A DNA stretch of 64,000 nucleotides from Dictyostelium discoideum (Eukaryota). Position 1 is the stretch's first letter, and every line of letters starts with the position of its first letter. Under the pieces are notes generated by a model. It worked only from the letters and a program-made list of their open reading frames with translations. It was not told where the DNA came from and made no database searches. The DNA lies in NCBI GenBank assembly GCA_000004695.1, contig CM000150.2, positions 3,296,001 to 3,360,000 of the forward strand, in the 5' to 3' direction. The position numbers and the translations under genes are program-made. Of the stretch, positions 27,737 to 43,031 are shown one piece after another.

Positions 27737-30004
27737 TTAATGTCTACCTCTTTTTTGTCTGGCAGAATGTTCTCTTTGACCAATTTGTTTATCTCTAAAT
27801 GATTTAAGTGATTTTCCTCTAACTTTTTTAGTTTTGAGAGTGAGAACGAATGGTTTGGTGACTTTTGCTTTGTATTCATTTGTAGTGGATTTACCAGTTT
27901 TATCTCTTCTACTTGCTTTACTACCATAACCACCATCTCTACCCTCCTTTGCTCTTGCAATTCTTTCCAATTTCTCTTCTTTCTTCTTTTTATGAGCACC
28001 TTGTAAATCTTCTGGTCTAATTAAACCATGAACATTTTCACCATTTTCATCATCATCTTGATCCATATCTTCATATTGTTTATTATTTTCTCTAGCTTCT
28101 TTTAATATTCTTAATTTTCTAATTCTAATTAATTCTTCATCTGTTAAAACTTTAATATCATCAGTTCTTAAAACTTCAACTTTTTCTTTTTGTTGTGATT
28201 TCTTCTTTGTTGGTTTAATTTCTTCTTCTTCTTCTTCTTCAACTTCTTCCTCAACTTCTTCCCATTCTTCATCATCATCGTCATCACCTTCAATTTCTTC
28301 ACCTGATTCCCAATCTCCTTCTTCGTCATCTTCCAATTCTTCTTCATCTACTTCTTCTTCATCTTCTTCATCCTCAACCTCTTCATCCTCTTCACCTTCT
28401 TCATCATCATCATCAGAAACCCATTCAGAATTATTATCATCATCAGCAGTAGTAGTATTAACATCTTCCCAACCTTCATCATCAGAATCAGAATCAGAAT
28501 CATCATCAGATTCAAATTCTTCACCAGCTTCAATTGCGTCTAATCTTGCATTTAATTCTTCATCCATTAATAAATCTAAACCGTCAATACCTTGACTAAC
28601 TTTTTGATGACCAAAAGCTAATAAACCAATATCAGTTTTATTTTTACCTCTTTCTTTCTTTGGTAACATTGATGGATAATTATCTTTAAAGAATTGAAGT
28701 AAACTTTTACTTGCCATGGCAACACCTTTTTCTTTCTTTTCTCTATACTGAATGAGATCAGCTAAAAGCACTGTATCAATTGCTAATGGACAACGTGAAC
28801 AAATTGAACGAATTGTATTTAACCCAATTGCAATAACATCGGAACCACAACCATCATTAACGAAATATTTGGCGATTGTCATAACCAATGGTTTCAATAC
28901 ATCCGGATCAACCAATTCATGACATGACTGTGCCAACACTGCCAATAGATATGTGATATTCTTTTGATGTGGTTGTAAATATTTTTGAAGGAATGGATAG
29001 AAATTGTAAACCATCAATTTATGAACGTAAATTAAACGTGATATAAAATTCATTATCATAATTCTAGTCTCAAACTTTTCAGTTGTCTTTACCAATACAT
29101 TGAATAATTTATCACAGTATCCTTGTGGGTCGTGAATCAACTCAATTGCTGGGAAATTTGGTTGCAACTTATTGTCCTCCTCTTGTTTGGCTTTCTTTAA
29201 ATCAACTTTACTCTTTGCTAAACGTGTTATTCTACCCTTTGTCTTTTTACCAACACGATGTGCCAATGATTTCTTTCTAAAGTTATCCTTTGCTCTCTTC
29301 TCTTTCACTGCTTCATCCTCTTCCTCTTCATCTGGTTTATCTGGATTATCAATATGTAAAAAGAAATTTAATGTTGTAATTAAAATCTTTGAATTTTTTG
29401 AAAATACACCATTTGAAATAACATTAACAGTCTTTGTATCGTGCCTATACATATATATTGTTTTTTTTTTTTTTTTTTTTTTAAAATTAAATTTATAAAA
29501 TTAATAAAAAGAAGATTTCTAAATTTCCACCCCTTATTTTTTTTTTTTTTTTTACTTACCAAATCTTTTTTCTAAATAATTCTATCATAACTTTTAATGA
29601 CATTTTTGAAGCAATTTCAGAATCATCATTCATCATTGTAAACATGAAATTTTGAAGTGTTCTATTTAATTTTTGATTCTTTTGTTTTAAATTTGTATTT
29701 TTAATATCAGCAACAATATGTGAATATAATAATGAACGAAGTGGTTTATCATGAACTCTAAATAATTTGAAAAATAATGATAACATTTGAATTTGTGGTA
29801 ATAAATTACGATTTCTCATTAAAATTAAACTTTTTGCTAAAATTCTTCTTAATTCTGGTTCTAAATTATTACAATTATTTTCTAATAAATCTGAAATTTG
29901 TTTTGGAAATTCTGATAATTCTTTTGGATAACATACACAAACCTTAATTTTAATTAATTAATAATAAAAAAAAAAAAAATTTGTATTAATATTATAATTT
30001 TAAC

Positions 30005-30035
<31 letters not shown>

Positions 30036-30298
30036 ATGAAAATAATAATCATAATATAATAATAATAATTATTATTATTATTATTAAGTTAAATAAAATA
30101 TTCTTTAGTTATACTTACATGACTTAAATAACTAACTAATTGAGAAAAATGTTTAAATTCTTTAGTTGGTTTTAATTGAAAGATTTGTAATTGTGTTAAA
30201 TAATGTTGGTATTGTAATAAAAATTCCTCTTTATAAGCAGATGGATCACGTTTTGTTAAATTTTGAAGTTGTAAAAGATCTAAAATTCTTGTACCCAT
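27737..30298 (-). CDS. SDA1 (SDAD1) homolog, a nucleolar 60S-ribosome export/assembly factor. join(27737..29444,29560..29942,30119..30298), about 756 aa, with an acidic (D/E)n block.
   Basis: Seen in sequence: exon 1 MGTRILDLLQLQNLTKRDPSAYKEEFLLQYQHY…LSH plus GTAAGT. Exon 2 (V)CVCYPKELSEFPKQ…LRSLLYSHIVADIKNTNLKQKNQKLNRTLQNFMFTMM…MSLKVMIELFRKKIW (donor GTAAGT after …TG). Exon 3 (acceptor tgtatag) HDTKTVNVISNGVFSK… ends …SFRDKQIGQ…*. Collinear with human SDAD1 recalled from memory (…[21 protein letters not shown]…, [37 protein letters not shown]…[39 protein letters not shown]…, C-terminal SFREKQLALRD). Confidence 0.75.
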
Positions 30299-30543
30299 TT
30301 TTTTTTCTATAAATTAATTGTTTGGCGTACCTCCCTTTTACGATTGATTATGAAAAAAAAAAAAAAAAAAAAATTTAGGAAAAAAAAAAAAAAAAAAAAA
30401 AAAAAAACCGACCGAAAATGATTTTTTTTTTATTTTATTTTTATTTTATTTTTTTCTTTTATTTTTATTTGGCATTTGAATTTTTTTTTTTTTTTTTTCT
30501 TAACAAAAATTTTATTTTTAGAATTTAATTATTTACTAAGTTC

Positions 30544-30676
<133 letters not shown>

Positions 30677-30878
30677 AGTTTTTATAAAAAAAAAGTTTAA
30701 ACATTAATTTTAATATATAAAAATAATTAATTAGCTTTATTAAAATTTTAATCATGAATACATGATCTACTTTTTTTATATAAATAAATAAAATTAAATT
30801 GAAAATTAATAAAATAAATAAATAAATAAATAATTAAATAAATAAATAAATAAATTTTGAATAAATATTTTTTTTTTT

Positions 30879-31583
30879 TTATAAATTAAACTCTTCATCA
30901 TAATTTACTAATGGTTTGAATGATGGTTCACCTTCATCTTCATTTGGAGAGTAGATAGGTCCGGTTAAAAGTAAAGGAATATCACTGCTATTTGATCCAA
31001 TCAAACCAGTGAATCCTTCATTTAGTTGGATATCCATATTTTCATTATTTTTAATTTTAATTGAAGATAATGGTGGATTTTCAATTGAAATTTCATTTTC
31101 AATGAAATGTCTGAGAATTATTTTGTTCTCAATGTTTTGAAAATATAAATAACATTCAATTAATAAAAATTTAATGCCATTTTTATCTCTATTTGAGAAT
31201 TTGTTATATTTATATTCTCTACCATCCTTATCTACCCCAAATCCTTCAGGATTCATACTACTTCTAAATTTAATATTTTTTTCATTAAATTTTCTGGGAA
31301 GTCTTTTTTTATCTTTGAGTACTAAATGTAAACTACCAACTAAAAAATAAAAAAAAATAAAAAAATAAAAAAAAATTATTATTTAATTCTGATTTAAAAA
31401 ATTTATAATATATAATATAGATAAACACTTACTTAAAGGTGTGGTTTCCATTGATTGATCAATATTTTTAATTGGAATTAAATAATCGTCAATAAAAACT
31501 GACAAATTATTATCGACAATAGAATTAGCATAAAATAAAATTTTAGCATAAATTTCAAAGGATAATTTATTTTTTAAATTTAT

Positions 31584-31586
<3 letters not shown>
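30879..31586 (-). CDS. Two-exon gene, join(30879..31339,31433..31586). Encodes a 204-aa protein (MINLKNKLSFEIYAKILFYANSIVDNNLSVFIDDYLIPIKNIDQSMETTPL|IGSLHLVLKDKKRLPRKFNEKNIKFRSSMNPEGFGVDKDGREYKYNKFSNRDKNGIKFLLIECYLYFQNIENKIILRHF…PIYSPNEDEGEPSFKPLVNYDEEFNL*). Hypothetical.
   Basis: Seen in sequence: ATG at 31586 (the track's upstream 'M' at 31625 is TTG inside a poly-A tract). GTAAGT donor at 31432, 93-nt AT-rich intron, ttttttag acceptor. Exon 2 is phase-consistent and extends track ORF 30879..31256 upstream with no stop. Confidence 0.5.
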
Positions 31587-31621
<35 letters not shown>

Positions 31622-32325
31622 CCAAAACAAAATTAAATAAAAATAAATATTCAATGGTTAAAAATAAATAGAAATGAATTAAAAAAAAAATTACATTTAC
31701 ATTTATATGTTTTTTATTTTTTTATTTTTTTTTATTTTTTTTTATTTTTATTTTTATTTTTGATCTCAAATCTTAAAATCAAAAATTATTATATTAAAAT
31801 TATTTGTATTTTGTTTATTTTATTGAGTTCAAATAATTGAAAAAAAAAAACAAGAATGCATTGTTAATGATACTATGAGAAATTTTTTTTTTTAATTTGT
31901 ATTCATTGCCAATCCCCTTTATAAACTTTTTTTTTTTTTTTTTTAAAGACGGATACTATTTTTAGATAATAACATGGTTATTATTAATATTATTTTTTTT
32001 TTATTTTTTTATTTCTTGTTTTGAGCTTATCATCAATAATAGTTTTTTTTTTTGAATATAATTTTCATTAATTTTTTATTTCTACTAAGTCGGTTATGAA
32101 AAAACAAATTTATTATCAAAGAATGTGTTTTGCCACACTTAATTAACCATTAATAATAGTAGATATAAAAAAAAAGAGAAAAAAGAATATATTAATGAGT
32201 TGATTATTTTTTGTTTTTGGTAGTGGTTGTTGTTGTGTGGAGTGAGAGAGTTGTTGTGTGAGTGAGCGAGTTGGTGTGCTTTTTTTTATTTTTTTTTTAT
32301 TTTTTTTTTTTTTTTGTGTTTTTTG

Positions 32326-32378
<53 letters not shown>

Positions 32379-32714
32379 TATGTTAGTATTGTTATATATA
32401 ATTTTATTTGTGCACGCTTTACAATTAATTTGGCTTTTTTTTATTTATTTTTTTATTTTTTTTTATTTTTTTTTTTTTTGATTACATATTATAGTATTGT
32501 TTTTTATATTTTTTATAATAAAAAAGTTGTAATGTTTATAAAAAATCAATTAACTTCCCTTACCCAAAAACCAAAGAATATAAAAAATAAAAAATAAAAA
32601 ATAAAAAATAAAAAATGAAATTAAATTTGGAATTGTGATCGCTTATGATTTTTTTTTTTTTTTTCGATTTCACTTTGAGATTGCTAAAAATAACTGAAAA
32701 AAAAAAAAATGTGG

Positions 32715-32748
<34 letters not shown>

Positions 32749-32823
32749 CCCTCAATAACTTTCTATAAAATTTTATTTATCGTATTAAATAAATAAATAA
32801 ATAAGAAAATAAATAAAATTAAA

Positions 32824-33816
32824 ATGGGACATTTAAAAAATATTTTATTTATTTTAATTATAACTGTTTTTGCTGTTAAATCAAGTGAGGTGTCAAAATA
32901 TAAAGCCTTTTCAATATCTGGCCCAGGATGCGATTCATCATTAAAAATTAATTTAAATGAGGCAACATGCTCATTAAATTGTGGTGTTTATTTATCAATT
33001 GAAAGTCAAACAGATCAAGATACTTTCAAATCTAGAATTTATTCAACCAGTAAACAATCATCTGAAAGTAAACAAGAAAATTCATCAGAGTTTTTGTCAT
33101 CTGACTCACATCCGTCATCGGATTTATCATCATCGGATTCATTATCGTCATCTGATTTATCATCAGACTCATTATCGTCATCTGATTTATCATCATCGGA
33201 TTCATTATCGTCATCTGATTTATCATCATCGGATTCATTATCGTCATCTGATTTACCATCAGAAACAACACCCTCCCCCACAACACCAGGCCCTTCAACA
33301 CCTGCCCCCACAACACCAGGTCCTTCAACACCTGCACCTGCTGACCCTGCTCCTGCTGATCCTGCACCTGCTGATCCCGCTCCTGCTGATCCTGCACCTG
33401 CTGATCCTGCACCTGCTGATCCTGCACCTGCTGATCCTGCACCTGCTAATCCTGCACCTGCTGATCCTGCACCTGCTGATCCTGCACCTGCTGATCCTGC
33501 ACCTGCTGCCCCTGCACCTGCTGATCCAGCACCTGCTGAACCTTCCACCGCCGCTCCTGCTGCCACTGTTCCAAGTGAAAATTTAGTAGCCTCAGTAACA
33601 AATTGCGTCAGTGAAAATAAATTAGAGGAAGTAGATATTGTTTGTTCCGATAAACCATCAACTTTTACAATTCTTGGACAACAATTCTCTGTTACATGTT
33701 TTGAAAATAGTCTTATTGAGGAAAATGAACAAGATGGTTCAAACTCTCCAAAAATCTCTGTAAAATATTCAACTTTAATTTTTATTTTATTTATTACTTT
33801 TTTAATTTTATATTAA
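32824..33816 (+). CDS. Secreted mucin-like, probably GPI-anchored, repeat protein of 330 aa. Has a signal peptide, a Cys-containing N-terminal module, (SSDLSSSDSL)n, about 17 tandem PAPAD pentapeptides, a Cys-containing C-terminal module and a hydrophobic C-terminal tail.
   Basis: Seen in sequence: MGHLKNILFILIITVFAVKS… signal. A 15-bp DNA unit cctgctgatcctgca is repeated in tandem at about 33340-33530, and a 30-bp unit at about 33110-33250. The C-terminus …KYSTLIFILFITFLILY* is hydrophobic. Confidence 0.6.
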   Translation: MGHLKNILFILIITVFAVKSSEVSKYKAFSISGPGCDSSLKINLNEATCSLNCGVYLSIESQTDQDTFKSRIYSTSKQSSESKQENSSEFLSSDSHPSSDLSSSDSLSSSDLSSDSLSSSDLSSSDSLSSSDLSSSDSLSSSDLPSETTPSPTTPGPSTPAPTTPGPSTPAPADPAPADPAPADPAPADPAPADPAPADPAPADPAPANPAPADPAPADPAPADPAPAAPAPADPAPAEPSTAAPAATVPSENLVASVTNCVSENKLEEVDIVCSDKPSTFTILGQQFSVTCFENSLIEENEQDGSNSPKISVKYSTLIFILFITFLILY

Positions 33817-33858
33817 AAATTCAGTAAAGATCTTTATCCCATTGTATTCTAAAACTAT

Positions 33859-33900
<42 letters not shown>

Positions 33901-34424
33901 AAAATTCTAATCAAACCTTTATACTTTTATGTTTTAAATTGTTTCTTTATTTATTAAATATATATTTAATCTTTATTTCCAGTTTTTATTTTTAAATTTC
34001 TTTTTTTTAATTCCAGTTTTTATATTTTTTTTTTTTTTTTTTATTTTTTTTTTTTTTTTTACTTTTGTTTAAATTGTCACTTCTTAATATTTTATTTGTT
34101 TTTTTTTTATTTATTAATTTTTTATCATTAATTTTTAATATTTAATTATTTATTTTTTACTTTTTTAATTATAGTTAAAAAAAAAATTTTTCCCTTTTTA
34201 AAAGTAATAATAAATAATTAAGAGGTGAAAGAAATAAATAATAAGAAATTTCAACAAATTTTAATATAATAAATATTTATTATTTAATATTTAATATTTA
34301 ATATTTATTATTTTTTTATTTTTTAATTTTTATTTTTTTATTTTTTTTTCATTTTTTTTCAACTTTTTTTTTTTTCATTTTTCATTTTCGTTTTGATCAA
34401 CAAATAGCCACTACAAAAATAAAA

Positions 34425-35198
34425 ATGTTGAATAATTTAATTAATAAAAGATTATTTACTTTAAATAATACAAAGAAATTATTTTTAAATTCTCAACCAA
34501 AATTATATAGTTATAGTAATAAAAACAGACTTTTTTCAACAAATTCAACAAATTCAACAAACCCAACAAATTCAACAAATCCAACAAATCCAACAAACCC
34601 AACAAATTCAACAAATCCAACAAACTCAGCAAACTCAACAAATAATAATGATGAATATGAAGATAGAAATTATGATGAATATATTAAAAAAGGAATTTTT
34701 TTAGAAGATGATGATGGACAAACAAGAATGTATAAAATCTTAAAACATAAAATGCGTGAGACAGAAAAGGAACTTAGAGAAGGATTAAAAATGAGTGATG
34801 AAGAATTTTTTAAAGGTAAATCATCATCAAAACAAATTTTCCTTAGTAGACATGGCACAATTACATTGGCAGTGACATTAGCAATTTTCACAGCAACTGC
34901 AATGTTCTTTTATTTTGGAAAGAGAAAACACATTTTATTATCACAACAAGTCGATTATCATACAACTGCAATCACCAATGAATTAAATCAATTAACAAGT
35001 GATAATCAAAAAATTTACGATTCTTTATCTTCCTCTCAAAATCAAGATCAATTAATAACTTTATTAATTGATAAAATCTTAATTGAAAAAGGTATTCTCA
35101 ATAATAATAATAATAATAATAAATCAATAACCCCAGCTGAATTAAATAAAATAAAATCAGAATTAAAATCAATAATTGTAAATAGTATTAATAAATAA
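34425..35198 (+). CDS. 257-aa protein with a presequence-like N-terminus (MLNNLINKRLFTLNNTKKLF…RLFST), an (STNPTN)n repeat, an acidic stretch, one predicted TM helix (ITLAVTLAIFTATAMFFYF) and a coiled-coil-like C-terminus. Possible mitochondrial membrane protein.
   Basis: Seen in sequence: ORF with non-homopolymer composition; 9-bp repeat ccaacaaat at 34545-34640. No family recognised; the targeting call is inference from N-terminal composition. Confidence 0.45.
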   Translation: MLNNLINKRLFTLNNTKKLFLNSQPKLYSYSNKNRLFSTNSTNSTNPTNSTNPTNPTNPTNSTNPTNSANSTNNNDEYEDRNYDEYIKKGIFLEDDDGQTRMYKILKHKMRETEKELREGLKMSDEEFFKGKSSSKQIFLSRHGTITLAVTLAIFTATAMFFYFGKRKHILLSQQVDYHTTAITNELNQLTSDNQKIYDSLSSSQNQDQLITLLIDKILIEKGILNNNNNNNKSITPAELNKIKSELKSIIVNSINK

Positions 35199-35387
35199 AA
35201 AATAAATAAATAAATAAATAAATAAAAAAAAACAAAAAAAAATCCAAAAAAAAAAAAAAAACAATTGTTTTTTGGTTTTTGATTTGTTTCAACCAAAAAA
35301 AAAAAAATATCTGATTGTGTTGATGGCCATTTTATTTTTATTTTTCATTTTTTTTTTATTTTTATTTTTTTTAATTTTTTTTTTTTT

Positions 35388-35431
<44 letters not shown>

Positions 35432-35674
35432 TAAGCTCAACTTTAGATAATGCTCATCATCGCCAACAAATAATAAATTTATTTATTTATTGTTTTTTGG
35501 TTTTTTTATTTATTTATTTTTTTTTTTTTTTTTGTTTTTTCCACACAACCCACATTTTTTTTTTTTTTTTTTTTTCCCATTTTTTTTTTTATAGCCTCAA
35601 AAAAATAACACACAAAAACAAATAATTTATCTTTAGTAGTATCTATTTATTTTATATTTGTTTTTTTTATTATT

Positions 35675-35710
<36 letters not shown>

Positions 35711-36297
35711 TTATTATTTATTTAAGATTGAAAGTCAAATAATATTGTACATACCAATATATTTTATAAAAAAGCACTTAAAATTTTAACATACACATAC
35801 ACCAACACCACCACACTTATATATACAACCCAAACACCACACTATTCACACAAACTTAATCAATAATTATTATTATTATTTTTTTAATTTTTTAAAAAAC
35901 ATTTTGGAGAAAAAAAAAAAAAACAAAAAAAAAGACAGAAAAAAAAAAAAAAAAAAAACACATCATACAGAAAAGTCATCCATTCATCCATAATTTTTGT
36001 CATTCATTCATTCGTGTATTTACTTTTCATATATAAACTTTTTTTTAATAATAATAATATTAGTTATAAAGCAACTATTATAATAAAATAAGTTACCTTT
36101 ATTATAAATTTGTTTAATTAATTAATCAATTAATTAATTAATTAAAACCAGATTGATTTTAAAAAAAAAAAAACAAAAAAAAAAAAAAATAAAAACAAAT
36201 AAAAAAATCACAAATAAAATAAAAATAAAATATAAGACAATAAAAAAAAAAAAAGTGGTATTGGAGAAATAGTAAATAGAATATAATATATAAAGAA

Positions 36298-37504
36298 ATG
36301 AGTAGAAGGAAAGCAACACCAGTTGGAGAGGATACCCTTTTTAATAAATTTTTAATAGTCGGACTTGACCCAGACACATTCCAATCATCATTAGCTTTCC
36401 AATGGATACCAAAGAAAATTGGTGAAACACCATCACCAAAAGAAATTGAAAGAGAAGATACTGATAATAGAAAAGTTATTGAATTTTGTTTTCCAGAATC
36501 AAGTGATGAATGTTCAAATATTATGAAAAAAAGGTACATACATAATTTATCACATTTTAAACATTTTTTTTTCCTTTTACTAATAATAATAATAATTTTT
36601 TTTTTTTTTTTTTTTTTTAAAAAAAAGTGATACTACAATTAAATTTTTTTCATTTGTTTTAACAGATTCATATGGTAATAAAACAATTGCATATTGTAAA
36701 AGATTTATGAGATCAATTGAACCAATTTGTTATTGTATTATAAGTAGAAAACCATTCTTTAAATTATTTGATAGAGTATTCATTGCAATTCAAGAAAAGT
36801 ATGAAATCAAATCGAAAAATAGTATTCATAATTTACTTTCAGCTTTAATAGCATATCCAATTCCAAAATCTTCAACAACCATTGAATTAACAACTACTGC
36901 TACAAATTCTGCAACTGAAAATTGGGTATTTCCATTTTTAAAACCAAGAACTAATTTTGATCATGTAAGTACATCTATATTAATATATATATATATATAA
37001 TATAAAATATATATATTAAAATATAAAATATTAAATATTAAATTAACATTTATTGTAATTTTTAGATTGATTATGAACTTATACATAAAATGAATCCAGC
37101 ACATATTATTAGATTATTTGAATTTGCAATTACAGAGAGTAGAGTTATATTGTTATCAAAGGATATATCAGTTGTATCCAATGGTATTTTAGCATTATCA
37201 TCATTATTATCACCATTGGTATGGCAACATATTTTCATTTCAATTTTACCAAATGCATTAATGCCATATGTTGCTGCACCAATACCTTTTTTAGTTGGAA
37301 TTTTAGAGTCATCACTTAAATCATTTTATCAACAACCAACTGAACAAGTTATTCTCTACAATTTAGATACTTTGGATTTCATAATAGATCCTGATACAAA
37401 ATCATTATTACCATATCATATTAGAATTTATTTGGATAATTATTTAAAAGAATTTAAAACTCAACATCCAACTTGTATGTAAAAAAAAAAAAAAAACATT
37501 TAAA

Positions 37505-37579
<75 letters not shown>

Positions 37580-38327
37580 TATTAATACTTTTTTTATTAT
37601 TTTTATATTTTTTATTTTAAAATAGATAATAATGATTTTGATTCAGAAATTAGAAAACCATTTTATTCAGTAATTTATCATTTATTTCAACATTATTCTA
37701 ATTTTATGTTAAAGAGTGGAGCAAATTATAGTTTTTTTAAAGATCAATTTTTAGAATCACCATTAAATTCACAAAATAAAAAATTATTAGAAGTTATATG
37801 TAATTCTCAAATGGTTGAAGTATTTTTTGGTGAAAAGGAGAATGAATTCTCTGATAGTGGTGAAGTGAATTGTGAATTCTTGAATGGCGCAAGAGAGAAA
37901 GCCGATGAAATACCATTCTTTTCAAGAAAGAAACTTGGTCAATATGATTGTCCAGCATGTTTAAATTCGACTATATCATTTTCAACTTGGGATTTAAATG
38001 GATTCATAATTCATAGGGAATGTTTAAAATGTCGTACTTGTGAAATGGCCTTTGAAAATCCAACCGATGATAAAGATAAAATTGAAATAAAGAAAATTAA
38101 TGATGGTGAAGCTATAAAAATCTATTGTACAGATTGCAGAAGTAAAACATTTATGAACAAAATTAAAAATACCTCTTCTCATTCAAAACAAAAATTTTAT
38201 AATTTCATTAAAACTGATAATTTATTTCATAATTCAATTGTATTAAATAATAATTATAATTCAAATAATTTAAATGTAAATAAAGATAATAATAATATTA
38301 ATTATAGTAATAACTATAGTAATAATA

Positions 38328-38402
<75 letters not shown>

Positions 38403-38746
38403 GCGTTAATAATTATGGATTTGGACCACAACATCCTTTACCTATGTCAGTGTCTCACGAAATTCATAATTTCAAATTTAAAAATAGTACAAATAGCAAT
38501 AACAATAACAATAACAATAACAATAGCAACTCCAACACCACCACCAACAACAACACCAATAATAATAATAGCAACAACCAACCAACGCAAACATTACATA
38601 TACAAACTCAACAACCATTGACACCATCAAAACTGGTTGTACCAAAACCATTAAATACTCAAAATAAAGGAAAATCACTTTCAAGTGCTCAATTCGCTCA
38701 AATTTTAACTAATCATCATAATCATACGCAACAAAATAATAGTAAT

Positions 38747-38813
<67 letters not shown>

Positions 38814-39301
38814 TTAATAATAATAATATTATTATTAGCAATGGAAAATCAGGATCAGGTGGTATTCCGTTACAAAAATCATCATCTTTAGGTAATAGCT
38901 CAAGTGGTACTGCCAATATTACAAGTGGAAGTTGTATTACTTTTGGAAATAATTATAGTAACAATATTGGCGGTGGCGGTAGTAGTAGTAGTAATAGTAG
39001 TAGTGGTAATAATAGTAGTAGTAATAGTAGTACAAATTTAAATAAACAACTAGTTGATAGATTTAAACCTCCACTACCTCCTACTCCTGGTGAAAGAAAG
39101 GAAAGAGCATTAGAACAAATGAAACAAAGAAATATTCATGTTGTCATTGAGGATTATCAATATACTGCTGATAATAATAATAATAATAATTATAGCAACT
39201 ACAACAACAACACAGATAGTTCAATTCCTTCATTTTCATTTTCATCTAGTCCACAAAATCCACCACCACCAATTTCACCAAGAAGCCAAAACAACAACAA
39301 C

Positions 39302-39392
<91 letters not shown>

Positions 39393-40250
39393 TCAATAGT
39401 AATAATATCACCACATCCAATTTAACTAAATCAGTATCATATAGTGGAACAATTAATAAACCTGCTATACCAGCCCGTAGTTTTAACAAAGATATTGAAA
39501 AAGAAGATTTAACTCAATTTCAAAATAGTAATAAAAAAAATGCACCCCCACCAGTACCAGAGAGATCAAAAACTCCCCCACCTCCCCAATTATCATCGTC
39601 ACCATCATCATCATCTAATGAATCATCAACAAAAATATCACCCCCATTTCTTTCACCAAGAAGAAAATCAAATCCTGCTATTTTACAAGTTTATGCTCAA
39701 CAACATCAACATCAGCAACAACATCAACACCTACAAAAAAAGAGTATACACATTAAATCATCACCTTTAAATCCAGTATCAAATCCTATTCCAATTACTA
39801 GAAAAAATAATAATAATAACAATAACAATAGTAATACATCATATTCACCATCACCACCTGCAATACCACCAAGACAATTACCACCAAAATTATCTAAACC
39901 AACAACTAGTTTCACAAAACTTCCTGATTCAACAATTTTAAAAAAAGCAGCAAAACCAACTCCTCAAATTTTCGAACCATCTTCCTCCTCACCACAACAA
40001 CAACAACCCCCATCTCCCATTAAAAGTTTTAACAAAAATAGTCCAAATAGAAATAATAATAATGGAAATAACAATGGAAATAACAATGGAAATAACAATG
40101 GAAATAAAACACCATCGCCACCTCCACTTCCAACTAGAAAAGTAAATGTTATTAATAATAATAATGGTAATGGAAATAAAACACCATCACCTCCAAAAAG
40201 CAATATTGCTAATCCTTCTTCAATAGCTATAAAACCAATTGTATTTGATG

Positions 40251-40330
<80 letters not shown>

Positions 40331-40461
40331 CCACCTGCAATTCCTGCAAGAACTCCTCCTAAAACATCCCCACGCACAATGGTTAAAGAATACAATAACA
40401 ACAATATTTATTATCACAATCAATTTCAGTATAAACAACCTCCAAAACAACAACCACCACC

Positions 40462-40524
<63 letters not shown>

Positions 40525-40672
40525 CTTATCAACCTCACCCCCAGAAATTAAATCACCAAGAAGACTCAATAAAACATGTCATAATTGTGCAGAACCATTA
40601 AATTGTAAGATACCAATTACTATGTTTGAAAATAATTACTATCATCAACATTGTTTCAATAATAGTTATTAG
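36298..40672 (+). CDS. DENN-domain protein (uDENN-cDENN-dDENN) with two Cys-rich zinc-finger-like motifs and a very long poly-N/poly-Q/Pro-rich C-terminal region. join(36298..36533,36628..36964,37066..37474,37626..40672), about 1342 aa.
   Basis: Seen in sequence: exon 1 …LFNKFLIVGLDPDT…VIEFCFPESSDECSNIMKK (donor AG|GTACAT). Exon 2 begins SDTTIKFFSFVLTDSYGNKTIAYCKRF… (the canonical uDENN FSFVLTD..G.R.YGYC motif) and ends at a GTAAGT donor. Exon 3 is cDENN (…ITESRVILLSKDISVVSNGILALSSLLSPLVWQHIFISILPNALMPYVAAPIPFLVGIL…) ending at a GTATGT donor after …HPT. Exon 4 is dDENN (…FDSEIRKPFYSVIYHLFQHYSNFM…FFKDQFLESPLNSQNKKLLEVICNSQMVEVFF), then CPACLNS…HRECLKCRTCEMAF…CTDCRS and a C-terminal CHNCAEPLNC…HQHCF. 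Phases are consistent at every junction. Confidence 0.7.
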
Positions 40673-41064
40673 TTTATGTAAAAAAAAGAAAAAAAAAAAA
40701 AAAACAATTCTTGTTCAAATAAAACTATTTTTATCCTATTATTCATTTAAAACACACTTTATTATAAACCCCACTTTTTTTTATTTTTTTTTTATTTTTA
40801 ATTTATTTTTAATTTTTTCTCTTACACCAACACTTGCTGAAAAATTTTATTTTTTTTTTTATTTTTTTTATTTTTTTTTTGTTTTTTTTTTTTTGAAATT
40901 TGGTTTATTGTAAAAAAAAAAAACCATTTTCGAAAAGTCATTTAATTAGATATATTATTTTTTTTTATTTTAAAAACCCAACTCTACCACCCAACTATTA
41001 TCATGATATAATTTTAAAAGAATTTTTTTTTTTCCCAATAATTTTTTTTTTTTTTTTTTGTACA

Positions 41065-42927
<1,863 letters not shown>

Positions 42928-43031
42928 ATAAAATAAAATAAAAAATGTACATATGTAAACAAAAAAAAAAAAAGACAAGATATAAAATCTAAAAGGGATG
43001 TGTTTTTTTTTTTTTTAACTTTTTTTTTTTT

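Noticed and set aside
33340-33530. Regular 15-bp tandem array (and 9-bp arrays at 42220-42316, 34545-34640), superficially CRISPR-like periodicity.
   Set aside because: Units are contiguous with no unique spacers, lie inside ORFs and encode peptide repeats (PAPAD, SNT, STNPTN). The genome is eukaryotic with no cas genes.
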